Positions 48,826 to 59,084 of a DNA stretch of 64,000 nt are shown piece by piece. The DNA comes from a virus (Duplodnaviria; Heunggongvirae; Uroviricota; Caudoviricetes). The notes below the pieces were generated by a model, which worked only from the letters and a program-made list of their open reading frames with translations, did no database searches and had not been told where the DNA came from. The stretch is taken from the IMG/VR virus record IMGVR_UViG_2565956726_000008. One strand, given 5' to 3'. A program made the translations under genes and the position numbers. Every line of letters starts with the position of its first letter. Position 1 is the stretch's first letter.

Positions 48826-49920
48826 ATGAGCAGACCGGACTGGGGGGCGTTGCAGCAGGAGTATATTGCTGAATACACCCGCTCCGGTATATCTCCGGTG
48901 GCATGGTGTGAAGCAAGGGGACTGAATTACGCAACAGCCCGTCGTTACATCAAAAAAACTCCGAAAAATGCGCAGACAGAAATGTGCAAAACTGCGCAAA
49001 AAAGTGCGCAGAAAAAATCTGCGCAGACTGCACAAAAGCGGAACGAAAAATCTCAGGAAAAAAAGCCAGTATTCGATGCGGGCCTGAATGAGGGCGACGC
49101 GGAGGAATTTTCGTTCTGTCCCGATGAATTCGGCATTTCTGACCAGCAGGCTAAGTTTGCGATGCTTGTTGCTCAGGGTAAAAAGCCGACAGAGGCGTAC
49201 CGACTAGCCGGTTATGAGGGGCAAGGTGCGACAGCTAATAGCAACGCCAGTCGTATGCTTAGAAATGCCAGGGTTTTTCGCGCTATCAGCTACTTCCGCA
49301 ATCAGTACCAGAAACGCTATACCGCAGACCTGGATTTACTAGTGAGTCAGTTGATGGCCATTGTCCTGGCCGACCCCAATCAGCTTGCACAATTTCGCCG
49401 TGTTAACTGCCGTTATTGCTGGGGCGAGAATCATCTCTACCAGTGGCGCGATATAGCAGAATTCGACAAGGCAGCGGCGCAGGCTTCCAGAGATGGCAAA
49501 CCCGAACCGGAATATGGAGGCCTCGGCTTTGTTGATAACGCCATACCCAATCCGGACTGCCCGAAGTGCTGCGGTGAGGGAACGGGACAGCTTTATATGG
49601 CTGATACCACTCTGCTTGATGGGGATGCGCGGCAATTATATGCAGGGGCAAAATTCGGAAAATTCGGCGTTGAGATCCTGCTGGAGGATAAGGCTGCCGC
49701 CCGGCGTGAATTGTTGCGTTTGCTTTCTGCTGGCGGGGCTTTATGTGCAGATAAGCGGCTACAGGAACTGGAAATTGAACGGCGCAGAATGGAAAACCAG
49801 AAGCTGCGCAAAGAGATCGAAACGGTGGAAGATAATGAACATCCCCAGCCTGTGGCGATCAATATTAATGTGGTTGATGCCAGAGTAAGGAGTGATGAAG
49901 ATGATCTCTCCGACGCTTAA
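48826..49920 (+). CDS. terminase small subunit-like protein (N-terminal HTH, Cys-rich zinc-ribbon-like region)
   Basis: 364 aa; immediately upstream of and overlapping the large terminase gene; CxxC...CPKCC motifs. Confidence 0.45.
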   Translation: MSRPDWGALQQEYIAEYTRSGISPVAWCEARGLNYATARRYIKKTPKNAQTEMCKTAQKSAQKKSAQTAQKRNEKSQEKKPVFDAGLNEGDAEEFSFCPDEFGISDQQAKFAMLVAQGKKPTEAYRLAGYEGQGATANSNASRMLRNARVFRAISYFRNQYQKRYTADLDLLVSQLMAIVLADPNQLAQFRRVNCRYCWGENHLYQWRDIAEFDKAAAQASRDGKPEPEYGGLGFVDNAIPNPDCPKCCGEGTGQLYMADTTLLDGDARQLYAGAKFGKFGVEILLEDKAAARRELLRLLSAGGALCADKRLQELEIERRRMENQKLRKEIETVEDNEHPQPVAININVVDARVRSDEDDLSDA

Positions 49921-51202
49921 TGTGCCTCAGGCGCGATTTCTTTCAATGCCCCATAAATTTAAAGCCTATATTGCTGGTTTTGGCTCGGGCAAAACATGGG
50001 TTGGGTGTGGCGGCATATGCAAGGGGATTTGGGAGCATCCAGGTATAAATCAGGGATATTTTGCGCCAACGTATCCCCAAATTCGCGATATTTTTTACCC
50101 TACAGTGGAAGAAGTTGCTGCTGACTGGGGATTGAACGTAAAAATTAATGAGGGAAATAAAGAGGTTCACTTTTATTACGGACGCCAGTATCGGGGAACC
50201 ACTATCTGCAGATCGATGGAGAAGCCACAAACGATCGTCGGTTTCAAAATTGGTAATGCGTTGGTGGATGAACTGGACATTTTGCCGAAGGAAAAAGCCA
50301 GAACGGCGTGGCGCAAGATAATTGCACGTATGCGTTATAAGATTGATGGACTTCGCAACGGTATTGACGTTACAACCACGCCGGAAGGATTCAAATTTGT
50401 CTACGAGCAGTTTGTTAAAGCCGTGCGTGAAAAAACAGAGCTGGCCTCACTGTATGGTCTGGTGCAGGCATCTACTTTCGATAATGAAAAGAACCTGCCA
50501 GCAGATTACATTCCTTCGCTTCTTGAATCATACCCTCCAGAGCTGATTAAAGCCTATCTTCGAGGACAGTTTACTAACCTGACAAGTGGTACTGTTTACC
50601 ATCAGTTTGACCGGAAACTGAATAATTGCGAAGAAGTGGAGCAGCCAGGGGAGCCGATTTATATTGGGATGGATTTTAACGTTGGAAAGATGGCGGGAAT
50701 CGTCCATGTGCTGCGTTTGGGGCTTCCATGTGCGGTAACTGAAATCATCAATGCCTACGATACGCCGGATATGATCCGCATCATTAAAGAACGCTTCTGG
50801 CTGTATGATGGGAATGATTACCGGAAAGTGAGGGAAATTTATATTTATCCAGATGCTTCCGGGGATTCCAGAAAATCAAGTAACGCAAGTACGACGGATA
50901 TAGCCCAGCTTAAGCAGGCTGGTTTTAACGTTGTGGTGAACAGCTCGAACCCGCCAGTAAAAGATCGCGTTAACTCAATGAATGCAATGTTCTGCAATGC
51001 CAATGGTGAGCGTCGCTATAAAGTTAATGTGAAGCGTTGCCCGTTATATGCCGAATCTCTGGAGCAACAGGTCTGGGATGAGAAGGGGGAGCCTGATAAA
51101 AAATCTGGCAATGATCACCCGAATGATGCCGGAGGTTATTTCATCGTTAAGCAATTCCCTATTGTCAAACCGACCGGAAGAGTCACATCACTTCGGATTT
51201 AA
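49892..51202 (+). CDS. terminase large subunit
   Basis: 436 aa; Walker A GFGSGKT; position before portal. Confidence 0.8.
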   Translation: MMKMISPTLNVPQARFLSMPHKFKAYIAGFGSGKTWVGCGGICKGIWEHPGINQGYFAPTYPQIRDIFYPTVEEVAADWGLNVKINEGNKEVHFYYGRQYRGTTICRSMEKPQTIVGFKIGNALVDELDILPKEKARTAWRKIIARMRYKIDGLRNGIDVTTTPEGFKFVYEQFVKAVREKTELASLYGLVQASTFDNEKNLPADYIPSLLESYPPELIKAYLRGQFTNLTSGTVYHQFDRKLNNCEEVEQPGEPIYIGMDFNVGKMAGIVHVLRLGLPCAVTEIINAYDTPDMIRIIKERFWLYDGNDYRKVREIYIYPDASGDSRKSSNASTTDIAQLKQAGFNVVVNSSNPPVKDRVNSMNAMFCNANGERRYKVNVKRCPLYAESLEQQVWDEKGEPDKKSGNDHPNDAGGYFIVKQFPIVKPTGRVTSLRI

Positions 51203-51204
51203 TT

Positions 51205-52611
51205 ATGGCTGATATATCAACACCCAACCTCGACTATAACGATATGCTGGAGGCGTGGGATATTAACGACGCACTGATGGGCGGTACGCTTGAAATGCGC
51301 AGGCAGGGGGAAAATTATCTCCCAAAATGGCCTAACGAAGATGAAGACGCTTATAAAAAACGCCTGTCTGTGGCTACGCTACTTCCTGTGTATGAAGAAA
51401 GCATCAAGCAAAATATTGGGCGCATATTTGCAGAGCCGACAGTATTGAGTGAGGAAACGCCGGCAAAAATCAGGGAATATGCAGAAAATATCGACATGGA
51501 GGGGAGCCGACTGGATGTGTGGGCGCAGCAATTTTTCAGCCTCGCATTTCAGTATGGTGTGGCACATGCGCTGGTGGACTATCCACGAACGGATATGAAA
51601 GAGATTCGGACAAAAGCCGATGAAAACGCGGCCGGTGGTCGTCCGTACGTTACGATGCTGAATCCACGCCAGGTTATTGGATGGAAATCGAAAGTTGAAA
51701 AAGGGAAAGTTGTTCTCACTGATTTGCGTATAAAAGAGGTCATCATTATTGATGGTGATGATTTCGGGCAGAAGAAGGTGGAGCAGATCCGCCATATTAT
51801 GCCCCGTCGAGTTGAAATTTATCGACGTAGCGAAGGCACTAATGGCGAATCTGTCTGGACGCTTCATGAGTCATGGAATACCAGCCGTGATGATATTCCT
51901 CTGGTAACACTGTACACGAAGAAAACAGGATTTATGCGTGGTACACCGCCATTGCTTAATCTTGGCTTGCTGAATATCAAGCACTGGCAAAGCCAGAGCG
52001 AGCAGGACAATATTCTTCATGTTGCCCGCGTTCCATTGCTGGTGGCCTACGGGCTGGACAGGAATGAAGAACTGACGGTTGGTGCATCCACCGCTACGAT
52101 TTTTGAGGACAGAACAAAAAATGGCCTCGAATATGTTGAACATAGTGGCGCAGCGATAGAATCTGGCGAAACATCACTTGAGAAGCTGGAAAATCAGATG
52201 CGTCATGCCGGCGCTAAACTTCTGCGTGCTGAAAATACATCCACCAAATCTGTTGATCAGACTAATGAAGAGCGAATGCAGGAAAACTCGCCGCTTTATA
52301 CAATGGCGAACTCCCTCGAAGATGCCCTCGATAATATTCTCCAGATAATGGCGGAATGGATCGGAGAGAGTTGCGGTGGCAATGTGGATGTGCGCACTGA
52401 ACTGGATGTATCTGCCCAGGTGTTTGACTCATCCTCCGCGCTGGCTGTTCAGTCATTGCGTCAGGGCGGTGATATACGTCAGATTGATGCGGTTCGGGTG
52501 TTGCAGGCGTTGAAATTTATCGATCAGGATTCCCGTCCAGAGGAAGTGATCGATGAATTAAAAAATCAGAGTGTAATGCTGATGGAAATCAATGATGCAA
52601 ACCGTGAATGA
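51205..52611 (+). CDS. portal protein
   Basis: 468 aa immediately after the large terminase gene. Confidence 0.7.
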   Translation: MADISTPNLDYNDMLEAWDINDALMGGTLEMRRQGENYLPKWPNEDEDAYKKRLSVATLLPVYEESIKQNIGRIFAEPTVLSEETPAKIREYAENIDMEGSRLDVWAQQFFSLAFQYGVAHALVDYPRTDMKEIRTKADENAAGGRPYVTMLNPRQVIGWKSKVEKGKVVLTDLRIKEVIIIDGDDFGQKKVEQIRHIMPRRVEIYRRSEGTNGESVWTLHESWNTSRDDIPLVTLYTKKTGFMRGTPPLLNLGLLNIKHWQSQSEQDNILHVARVPLLVAYGLDRNEELTVGASTATIFEDRTKNGLEYVEHSGAAIESGETSLEKLENQMRHAGAKLLRAENTSTKSVDQTNEERMQENSPLYTMANSLEDALDNILQIMAEWIGESCGGNVDVRTELDVSAQVFDSSSALAVQSLRQGGDIRQIDAVRVLQALKFIDQDSRPEEVIDELKNQSVMLMEINDANRE

Positions 52612-53707
52612 ACGGCTGCGTGATGAATCAATTGCTCATGCAGTCTGGATATCCCGCTATAGCACTGGCGTGGCTGCCAGAATGGTGAAAATACTGAATG
52701 ACAGCGATGCGGAACTTACTGCTCGCCTGCTGATAGCACTGGACAGCCTCGATCCAGGTAGTTTTACCGTTAAGCGCCTGGAGTCACTTCTGGCGAGCGT
52801 CAGAGAGGTTAACCGCACTGCTATTAACAGCATGTTTACCAGTCTCTCCGGAGAGCTGAACGAGCTGGCAATTTATGAGGCTGGTTATCAGTTAAGTCTG
52901 TTTGATTCTATGCTACCTGATTTTGTTGCTGATGTTCACCCTCTGGTTGGTATCTCTCCTGATGCACTTTATGCCGCTGCAATGGCGCGACCATTCCAGG
53001 GACGACTGCTCAGTGAGTGGGCCTCAGATCTTGAAGCGGATCGGCTCAGACGCATAACAAATACAGTGCGTCAGGGTTTTTTGCTGGGGGATACCAATGA
53101 GCAGATCGCAAGAAAAATTCGGGGACATGTCAGTAAGGGATTTCAGGATGGTGCATTGCAGATGAGCCGGGCTAATGCGGCCAGCATTGCAAAAACAGCG
53201 GTTGGACATCTTGCTGCTACTGCCCGTGAGAGTTTTGCCAGCGCGAATAATGATTTGATTAAGGGTAAGCAATGGTTATCAACGCTTGATAATCGTACTA
53301 CGCCACAATGTCGAATCAGGGATCGCCTCAAATATACGCTGAATAATAAACCTGTAGGTCACAGCGTGCCTTATTTGCAGGGGCCGGGAAAAATTCATTT
53401 CTGCTGCCGCTCAACGGAAACGTTCATTCTGAAATCAGCGAAGGAACTGGGTATTGATGTTCGCGATATTTCCCCGGCTGAGCGGGCCAGCATGGATGGC
53501 GTGGTGGCCGGAGATACAACCTACAGGGAATGGTTTTTGCGTCAGCCTTACACCAGACAAAAACAGATTGTGGGGGAAACCCGAGCAAAGCTGATTCGGG
53601 ATGGTGGTATGTCGCCAGATGAATTTTACACCGATAAAGGCGAATGGCTGACGCTGAAGCAGCTCCGTGAGCGTGATGCACAGGTATTCAGAAAAGCAGG
53701 GATTTAA
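52592..53707 (+). CDS. head morphogenesis protein (Mu F-like)
   Basis: 371 aa after portal; overlaps portal 3' end. Confidence 0.65.
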   Translation: MMQTVNERLRDESIAHAVWISRYSTGVAARMVKILNDSDAELTARLLIALDSLDPGSFTVKRLESLLASVREVNRTAINSMFTSLSGELNELAIYEAGYQLSLFDSMLPDFVADVHPLVGISPDALYAAAMARPFQGRLLSEWASDLEADRLRRITNTVRQGFLLGDTNEQIARKIRGHVSKGFQDGALQMSRANAASIAKTAVGHLAATARESFASANNDLIKGKQWLSTLDNRTTPQCRIRDRLKYTLNNKPVGHSVPYLQGPGKIHFCCRSTETFILKSAKELGIDVRDISPAERASMDGVVAGDTTYREWFLRQPYTRQKQIVGETRAKLIRDGGMSPDEFYTDKGEWLTLKQLRERDAQVFRKAGI

Positions 53708-53727
53708 ATAAATCATTTATTACAACA

Positions 53728-53753
53728 GGCTACCTTCGGGTGGCCTTTTTTAT
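53728..53753 (+). terminator. intrinsic terminator-like hairpin
   Basis: ggctacc-ttcg-ggtggcc followed by TTTTTTATT. Confidence 0.4.
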
Positions 53754-53811
53754 TGCTGCGATCCGGATGGTGAGCAGCGTAACTGTCGGAAGACTTAAAC
53801 CAGGTACTAAT

Positions 53812-54576
53812 ATGAAACTGAAAACGGTCGAGATTAACGGAAAACAATACGCAGAAATTGATACTGCTGGCCTGCCAGTTTATGTGCACGACGATGGTAA
53901 AGAAATTGGCTTCGATGCACCGCTGGCGACAAAAAAAATTACAGAGCTTAATGGCGAGGCAAAAAATCATCGCCTGGCTAAAGAAGCTGCAGAGGAAAAA
54001 CTGGCTAAGTTTGCCGCTATCGAAGACCCGAAGAAGGCGATCGAGGCACTGGAAATGCTGTCAAAAATCGACCAGAAAAAGCTGCTCGATGCGGGACAGG
54101 TTGACCAGGTTAAGGCAGAAATTACGAAAAATTTTCAGCAGCAATTAGATGAAGAAAAGCAACGCTCTCAGATGCTGGAGAAGCAGCTTTACGATTCTAT
54201 GATTGGCGGTAGTTTTGCGGGTTCAAAATATATTGCCGATAAAATTGCGATCCCGGCAGATTTATTACAAGCCCGCTTCGGGCAGGCATTCAAAGTGGAA
54301 GAAGGGAGGATCGTTGCTTATGACGCTTCCGGCAACAAAATTTATTCCCGCGCGAAGCCTGGCGAACTGGCGCAGTTTGATGAGGCGCTGGAGTTCCTTG
54401 TCGAAAATTACCCTCAGAAAGACTACATCCTGAAAGCCAGTGGCAACAATGGCGGCGGCTCCCGTCCGACACAGCATGATATTGGTCAGAAAACGATGAA
54501 ACGCTCTGCTTTTGATGCACTGGATGTTGCAGGTAAGCAAAACGCATTGAAAGACGGTATCACAATCGTTGATTAA
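53812..54576 (+). CDS. capsid scaffolding protein
   Basis: 254 aa from MKLKTVEINGK; charged alpha-helical; position before capsid gene. Confidence 0.55.
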   Translation: MKLKTVEINGKQYAEIDTAGLPVYVHDDGKEIGFDAPLATKKITELNGEAKNHRLAKEAAEEKLAKFAAIEDPKKAIEALEMLSKIDQKKLLDAGQVDQVKAEITKNFQQQLDEEKQRSQMLEKQLYDSMIGGSFAGSKYIADKIAIPADLLQARFGQAFKVEEGRIVAYDASGNKIYSRAKPGELAQFDEALEFLVENYPQKDYILKASGNNGGGSRPTQHDIGQKTMKRSAFDALDVAGKQNALKDGITIVD

Positions 54577-54674
54577 CACATTTGTCAGCTTCCGGATGGG
54601 AGCTGGTGTCAGGGCTGGATAGCTCATTACTCCATCTATTCACAATTACGCAAATTTTTAAGGAATATTTAATT

Positions 54675-55814
54675 ATGGCTGGAAATACCCTGACCGGGTT
54701 GATCCCGACTATTTATACCGCCCTGGATGTTGTATCCCGTGAGCAGGTAGGTTTTATCCCTGCGGTAGCAAAAAACGCAAAAGCTGACGCCGCAGCAAAA
54801 GATCAGACGGTAACCGCGCCAGTTGCGCCTGAGGCGAAAACCGAAGATATCGTACCGGGGCCGTCAGCTCCGAATACCGGTGATCAAAATATTGGCACTG
54901 TTGATGTAAAAATTACTAAATCCAAAATGGCACCGGTTAAATGGAATGGTGAAGAACAACTGGCTCTTGGCCCTTCAGGGACTTACAACACCATTCTGGC
55001 TGATCAGTTCAAGCAGGCTTTTCGCGCCCTTGCAAACGAGGTTGAGGCTGATCTTGGTGCGTTGTATTTCGGTGCTTCCCGCGCCGTGGGAACCGCAGGG
55101 ACAACGCCGTTTGGTGTTAAAGATGATCTTTCTGATGCTGCTCTGGCTCGTCAGGTTCTGGAGGATAACGGCGCACCGACAACCGATCTGCAGATGGTGC
55201 TTGGCTCCACTGCCATTGCTAATTTGCGCGGAAAACAGTCTGTATTGTTTAAAGTGAATGAATCCGGCACTGAACAGCTACTGCGTGAGGGCGTGTTGGG
55301 GCGTCTGGAGGGATTCAATATTCACAGTTCGGCAGGTGTGAAACGAGCGCCAAAGGTTGCTGCAACTGGTTATCTCGTGAATGGAGAGAAAAAAGAAGGC
55401 GATGTTCTTATTTCCATTGATACTGGTTCGGGGAGTATTTCTGCAGGTCAGATTGTTACGTTCGCTGGTGATCCGAATCAGTATGTTGTGGCAGCAGCGA
55501 CCAGCAATCTGATTACTCTTGCAGCGCCCGGACTGCGTCAGGATCTGGCCGATGATACTGCCATCACAGTTGTTGGGGCCTTTACTGCAAATATGGCGTT
55601 TGATCGCAACGCGTTTCTGCTGGCATCCCGTACTCCGGCAATGCCGGAAGGTGGCGATAATGCTGATGATGTAATGAATGTTACGGACCCGATTTCAGGG
55701 ATTACGTTCCAGATTGCACTGTATCGTCAGTATCGCCAGGTGCGCTATGAAGTTGGACTGGCATGGGGTGTTTCATCAGTGAAGCCGGCACATGGTTGTC
55801 TGATTCTTGGTTAA
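54675..55814 (+). CDS. major capsid protein (prophage B)
   Basis: 379 aa from MAGNTLTGLIP; followed by terminator hairpin. Confidence 0.7.
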   Translation: MAGNTLTGLIPTIYTALDVVSREQVGFIPAVAKNAKADAAAKDQTVTAPVAPEAKTEDIVPGPSAPNTGDQNIGTVDVKITKSKMAPVKWNGEEQLALGPSGTYNTILADQFKQAFRALANEVEADLGALYFGASRAVGTAGTTPFGVKDDLSDAALARQVLEDNGAPTTDLQMVLGSTAIANLRGKQSVLFKVNESGTEQLLREGVLGRLEGFNIHSSAGVKRAPKVAATGYLVNGEKKEGDVLISIDTGSGSISAGQIVTFAGDPNQYVVAAATSNLITLAAPGLRQDLADDTAITVVGAFTANMAFDRNAFLLASRTPAMPEGGDNADDVMNVTDPISGITFQIALYRQYRQVRYEVGLAWGVSSVKPAHGCLILG

Positions 55815-55823
55815 ACATTCAAA

Positions 55824-55845
55824 CGGGGCTTCGGCCCCATTTTTA
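55824..55845 (+). terminator. intrinsic terminator after capsid gene
   Basis: ggggc-ttcg-gcccc followed by ATTTTT. Confidence 0.5.
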
Positions 55846-55856
55846 ATGGGGGGCAT

Positions 55857-56033
55857 ATGGCCGGATTAACTAAAGAGCAAAGAGCACAGCGTGAAGCCGC
55901 ACAAAAAACGCAAATTGAGTTAGTGGTTATGGTGACCGATTATCAGATGTTTCCCGGCGCACCAACTATCGCTAATGTTCATCCTGATGAAGTTGACAAC
56001 TGGAAGGCTATGGGCTGGAAAACTCAGGAGTAA
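55857..56033 (+). CDS. small hypothetical protein (58 aa) between capsid and connector genes
   Basis: ATG after G-rich RBS; below ORF-track size cut-off. Confidence 0.3.
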   Translation: MAGLTKEQRAQREAAQKTQIELVVMVTDYQMFPGAPTIANVHPDEVDNWKAMGWKTQE

Positions 56034-56036
56034 CAC

Positions 56037-56432
56037 ATGATCACTTACGTGACCTGTGATGACGTTGATAATGCGTTTGGGAACGCCTGGACGAGTGAGA
56101 ACGCTAAAAATAAAGCTGTTTTAATGGCTAATGCCTGGCTTAATGGCTTCAACCTGAAAATTAACCCATCCCGTATTCCGGAAGAGGTAAAACTTGCGGG
56201 AGCATATGCAGCCAGAATTGCCTCATTCGGTAAGTTGTTTCAGCAGAAAAATGATTCTGGCGTTGTTATCAGTAAAGCCGTGTCGGCTGACGGGGTCAGT
56301 GTATCGAAATCATTTTCTGAGTTGCCAGCAAACAGCACTGCATTGCTTGAACCCGATTTACAGCTTGCGATAGCACTGCTGAAACAGTACGGACTTAGTC
56401 GCTCACAAGTCAGGGTTGTGAGGGGGGGATAA
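56037..56432 (+). CDS. head-tail connector protein
   Basis: 131 aa; first of four coupled small structural genes. Confidence 0.5.
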   Translation: MITYVTCDDVDNAFGNAWTSENAKNKAVLMANAWLNGFNLKINPSRIPEEVKLAGAYAARIASFGKLFQQKNDSGVVISKAVSADGVSVSKSFSELPANSTALLEPDLQLAIALLKQYGLSRSQVRVVRGG

Positions 56433-56815
56433 TGGGGCTTCGTGAAGAGATTCAGTCAGAGGTTGCCGCTGCTTTTGATGAGGATTTAGCGGACGCCGTG
56501 AGTGATTTTTCTGGTTCTTACGTTACGCACCGGCACTGGGATCCTGTGACGGAAACTGGCGGCGAATCCACCGCAATCTATACCGGGCGAGGCGTGTTGA
56601 CACGTTATAAGCTGGGCAGAATTGATGGGATTAATATTTTGCATGGTGACCTTAAATTAACCGCTCTGGTATGCGAGGTTACGGATAAACCAGCTGTCGA
56701 CCATATTATTGAGATTTATGATCCTGTATCAAGGCAGTTACAACGATACGAGGTAATTACAGCAAGTGTAGATCCTTCCGCATCAGTTTACTCTATCCAG
56801 TTAAGGAGAGCGTAA
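56432..56815 (+). CDS. head-tail joining protein
   Basis: 127 aa; ATG overlaps previous stop. Confidence 0.45.
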   Translation: MGLREEIQSEVAAAFDEDLADAVSDFSGSYVTHRHWDPVTETGGESTAIYTGRGVLTRYKLGRIDGINILHGDLKLTALVCEVTDKPAVDHIIEIYDPVSRQLQRYEVITASVDPSASVYSIQLRRA

Positions 56816-57196
56816 ATGGCAAAGGCATGGGATATAGAACCGTCAATATTTGCCGGGATGATTGAGGAAGATGTAGGGCTGAAGATTCGCTACATCGCTA
56901 TTCAGATTCTTACTGCTATTGATATTGCTGCTCCGGTTGATACCGGACGTTTCAGAAATAACAACCTGGTGTCGTTACAGCATCCCGATTTTGGTATATC
57001 TGATAACGTGGATCCGAACGGTACGATTGCTGTTCAGCGTGGGATCGGGGTTATTTCGAAAGCTGCAAATTACGGGGTTATTTATATCCAGAATAACCTT
57101 CCTTATGCAGAGGCTCTTGAAAACGGTCATTCACAACAAGCGCCAACTGGCGTGTATGCCAACGCTTTTCATGGTGTTTTACAGGCTTACAAATGA
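56816..57196 (+). CDS. HK97 gp10-like tail component protein
   Basis: 126 aa with PVDTGRFR motif. Confidence 0.5.
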   Translation: MAKAWDIEPSIFAGMIEEDVGLKIRYIAIQILTAIDIAAPVDTGRFRNNNLVSLQHPDFGISDNVDPNGTIAVQRGIGVISKAANYGVIYIQNNLPYAEALENGHSQQAPTGVYANAFHGVLQAYK

Positions 57197-57585
57197 AGTT
57201 TACTGAAATCAGAAATACGGTTATTTCCAGAATGACGGCACAGACGATTATTGATGGAAAAGACGTATTGTATCCGAACGGGCCAACGTTCGATCCTTCC
57301 GGTAAGTTAATCTGGGCGCGGTTAAGTAATATTCCCGGGCAAGCTGGAGTTAATGAAATTGGCGCGGGGCCGGTTGTTTATCGCACGGGGATAATCATTA
57401 TTCAGTTATTTGTCCCCGCAGGTTCTGGTTCAAAACTCATTACTGAGACAGCCGATAAATTGCGGGAACTGTTTGAGTTTCAGGATGACGATCGTCTCAG
57501 TTACCAGGCTGTTTCCTCAATAGCCGTCGGCGAAAAGAATGGCTGGTTCCAGCTTAATCTTCAAATTCCATATCGCGCGCTCTAG
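57193..57585 (+). CDS. tail terminator-like protein
   Basis: 130 aa; position before major tail gene. Confidence 0.45.
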   Translation: MKFTEIRNTVISRMTAQTIIDGKDVLYPNGPTFDPSGKLIWARLSNIPGQAGVNEIGAGPVVYRTGIIIIQLFVPAGSGSKLITETADKLRELFEFQDDDRLSYQAVSSIAVGEKNGWFQLNLQIPYRAL

Positions 57586-57611
57586 CGCAATTAATGACAT
57601 AGGAGGCTCCT

Positions 57612-58574
57612 GTGAGTTCAGGTGCAAAGGTTATCTCGGCATTTATCCGGGAGACAGTTGCAGGCACTACGCCAGCAAGTGGTGACTGGAGTTTATTAAA
57701 ACGCACAAGCTGGGGAGTAAAACCCACCCAGAATAAAGGCGAAAATAATGAGATTGGTGGCTCCCGGATGGCTCAGGGGGCGACGCCTGGCACTGTGGAT
57801 GTCGGCGGTGATGTTGGTACCAAATTTCGCTGGGGTCAACATGATGATTTTCTTGCATCCTGTTTCGGCGCGGAATGGTCAGGCGATTCTCTGACAATGG
57901 GGAATGAGCGAATAACATTTTCTCTGGCGACCTATGCGTCCGATGTCGGAATTGCCTCTGTCGTCAGAGGAGCGCAGGTTGGCTCATGGAAAATGCAGAT
58001 CCCTAACGACGGCGATATTACAGCGACCGTAACCTTTGCCGGGCTGGGCTGGGAATCAAAGGCCGATGATACGAATTTTATCAAAGGCGAACCTGTGGAT
58101 AGTGCAGGAAAGTTACGCTATTCGTTTAAGGCGGTTTCAGCAGTAAGCCTGAATGGTGTTGCCGGAGGTAACGGTTTTTGTATCGACAGTTTTGATATTC
58201 AGTTCGATAACAAACTCCAGACACAGCGTTGTATCGGGACTGGCTCGCCTTATGCAGGAGCAAATATTCCGACTACTTTTACACCGTCCGGTACGGTGAC
58301 GCTTTCATGGTCTAAAGCCGCGTGGGAAATCTGGAGTAAAACACTGACTGGAGAAACAGTTCCGTTCAGCTTCACGCTTTCGAATGGAGAGGGGGCATAC
58401 ACTTTCAGTTTCCCGAAGGTTCAGGTGTCAGGTGAATGGCCTGATGGGGGTAATACTGACATTATCCAGGTTCAATTGAGCATTACCGCAGCAGATGAAG
58501 CACCTACGATAACCAGAAAAAAATGCTCCCCGACTGCCGTGATCGCAAAAGCCAGTGCTGATGCGATTAGTTGA
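57612..58574 (+). CDS. major tail protein (prophage B)
   Basis: 320 aa, beta-rich; position before chaperone G/GT. Confidence 0.7.
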   Translation: MSSGAKVISAFIRETVAGTTPASGDWSLLKRTSWGVKPTQNKGENNEIGGSRMAQGATPGTVDVGGDVGTKFRWGQHDDFLASCFGAEWSGDSLTMGNERITFSLATYASDVGIASVVRGAQVGSWKMQIPNDGDITATVTFAGLGWESKADDTNFIKGEPVDSAGKLRYSFKAVSAVSLNGVAGGNGFCIDSFDIQFDNKLQTQRCIGTGSPYAGANIPTTFTPSGTVTLSWSKAAWEIWSKTLTGETVPFSFTLSNGEGAYTFSFPKVQVSGEWPDGGNTDIIQVQLSITAADEAPTITRKKCSPTAVIAKASADAIS

Positions 58575-58622
58575 TTTTCCGTTATTCCCCCTGTGGTACT
58601 GCACTACAGGGGGACGCATTGA

Positions 58623-59084
58623 ATGAGGTTATGGATGTTTATTCTTAATCAGAAAATTATCATCGGTGGAGAACGCTGGTTTACGCCAATGAAGGACTTA
58701 AAACCTATAGACGGGTTAAAACTGTTGGTGGCAAGCAGCGATAACGATCAGTATCGCTCCCGTAATGCATTAATCCGTCGTCACATTGAGAAAATGGATG
58801 CCAGTTTGCACGTCGGAACGAAGGAGTTTGATATTTCAAAGGTTTCCGAGGTAGATTCTGTTGATGATTTACTCATTGATAATGCTGCTCGTTATCTGCT
58901 GAAAGACTGGAAAGGGGTTGGTGAACTGGTTAATGGTGCTGAGGTTGCACTGGAATATACGCCAGAACGAGGGATCGCGCTGCTTAAGCAGAATCCAGAG
59001 TTGTACTGGCAGATCCTTGCAGAAGCAGCCAGCATCGCCCAGGGTAAAGAGCAGCAGAAGCAGGATACGATAAAAAAGCCATAG
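58623..59084 (+). CDS. tail assembly chaperone G
   Basis: 153 aa ending ...DTIKKP; slippery A_AAA_AAG 7 nt before stop. Confidence 0.7.
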   Translation: MRLWMFILNQKIIIGGERWFTPMKDLKPIDGLKLLVASSDNDQYRSRNALIRRHIEKMDASLHVGTKEFDISKVSEVDSVDDLLIDNAARYLLKDWKGVGELVNGAEVALEYTPERGIALLKQNPELYWQILAEAASIAQGKEQQKQDTIKKP

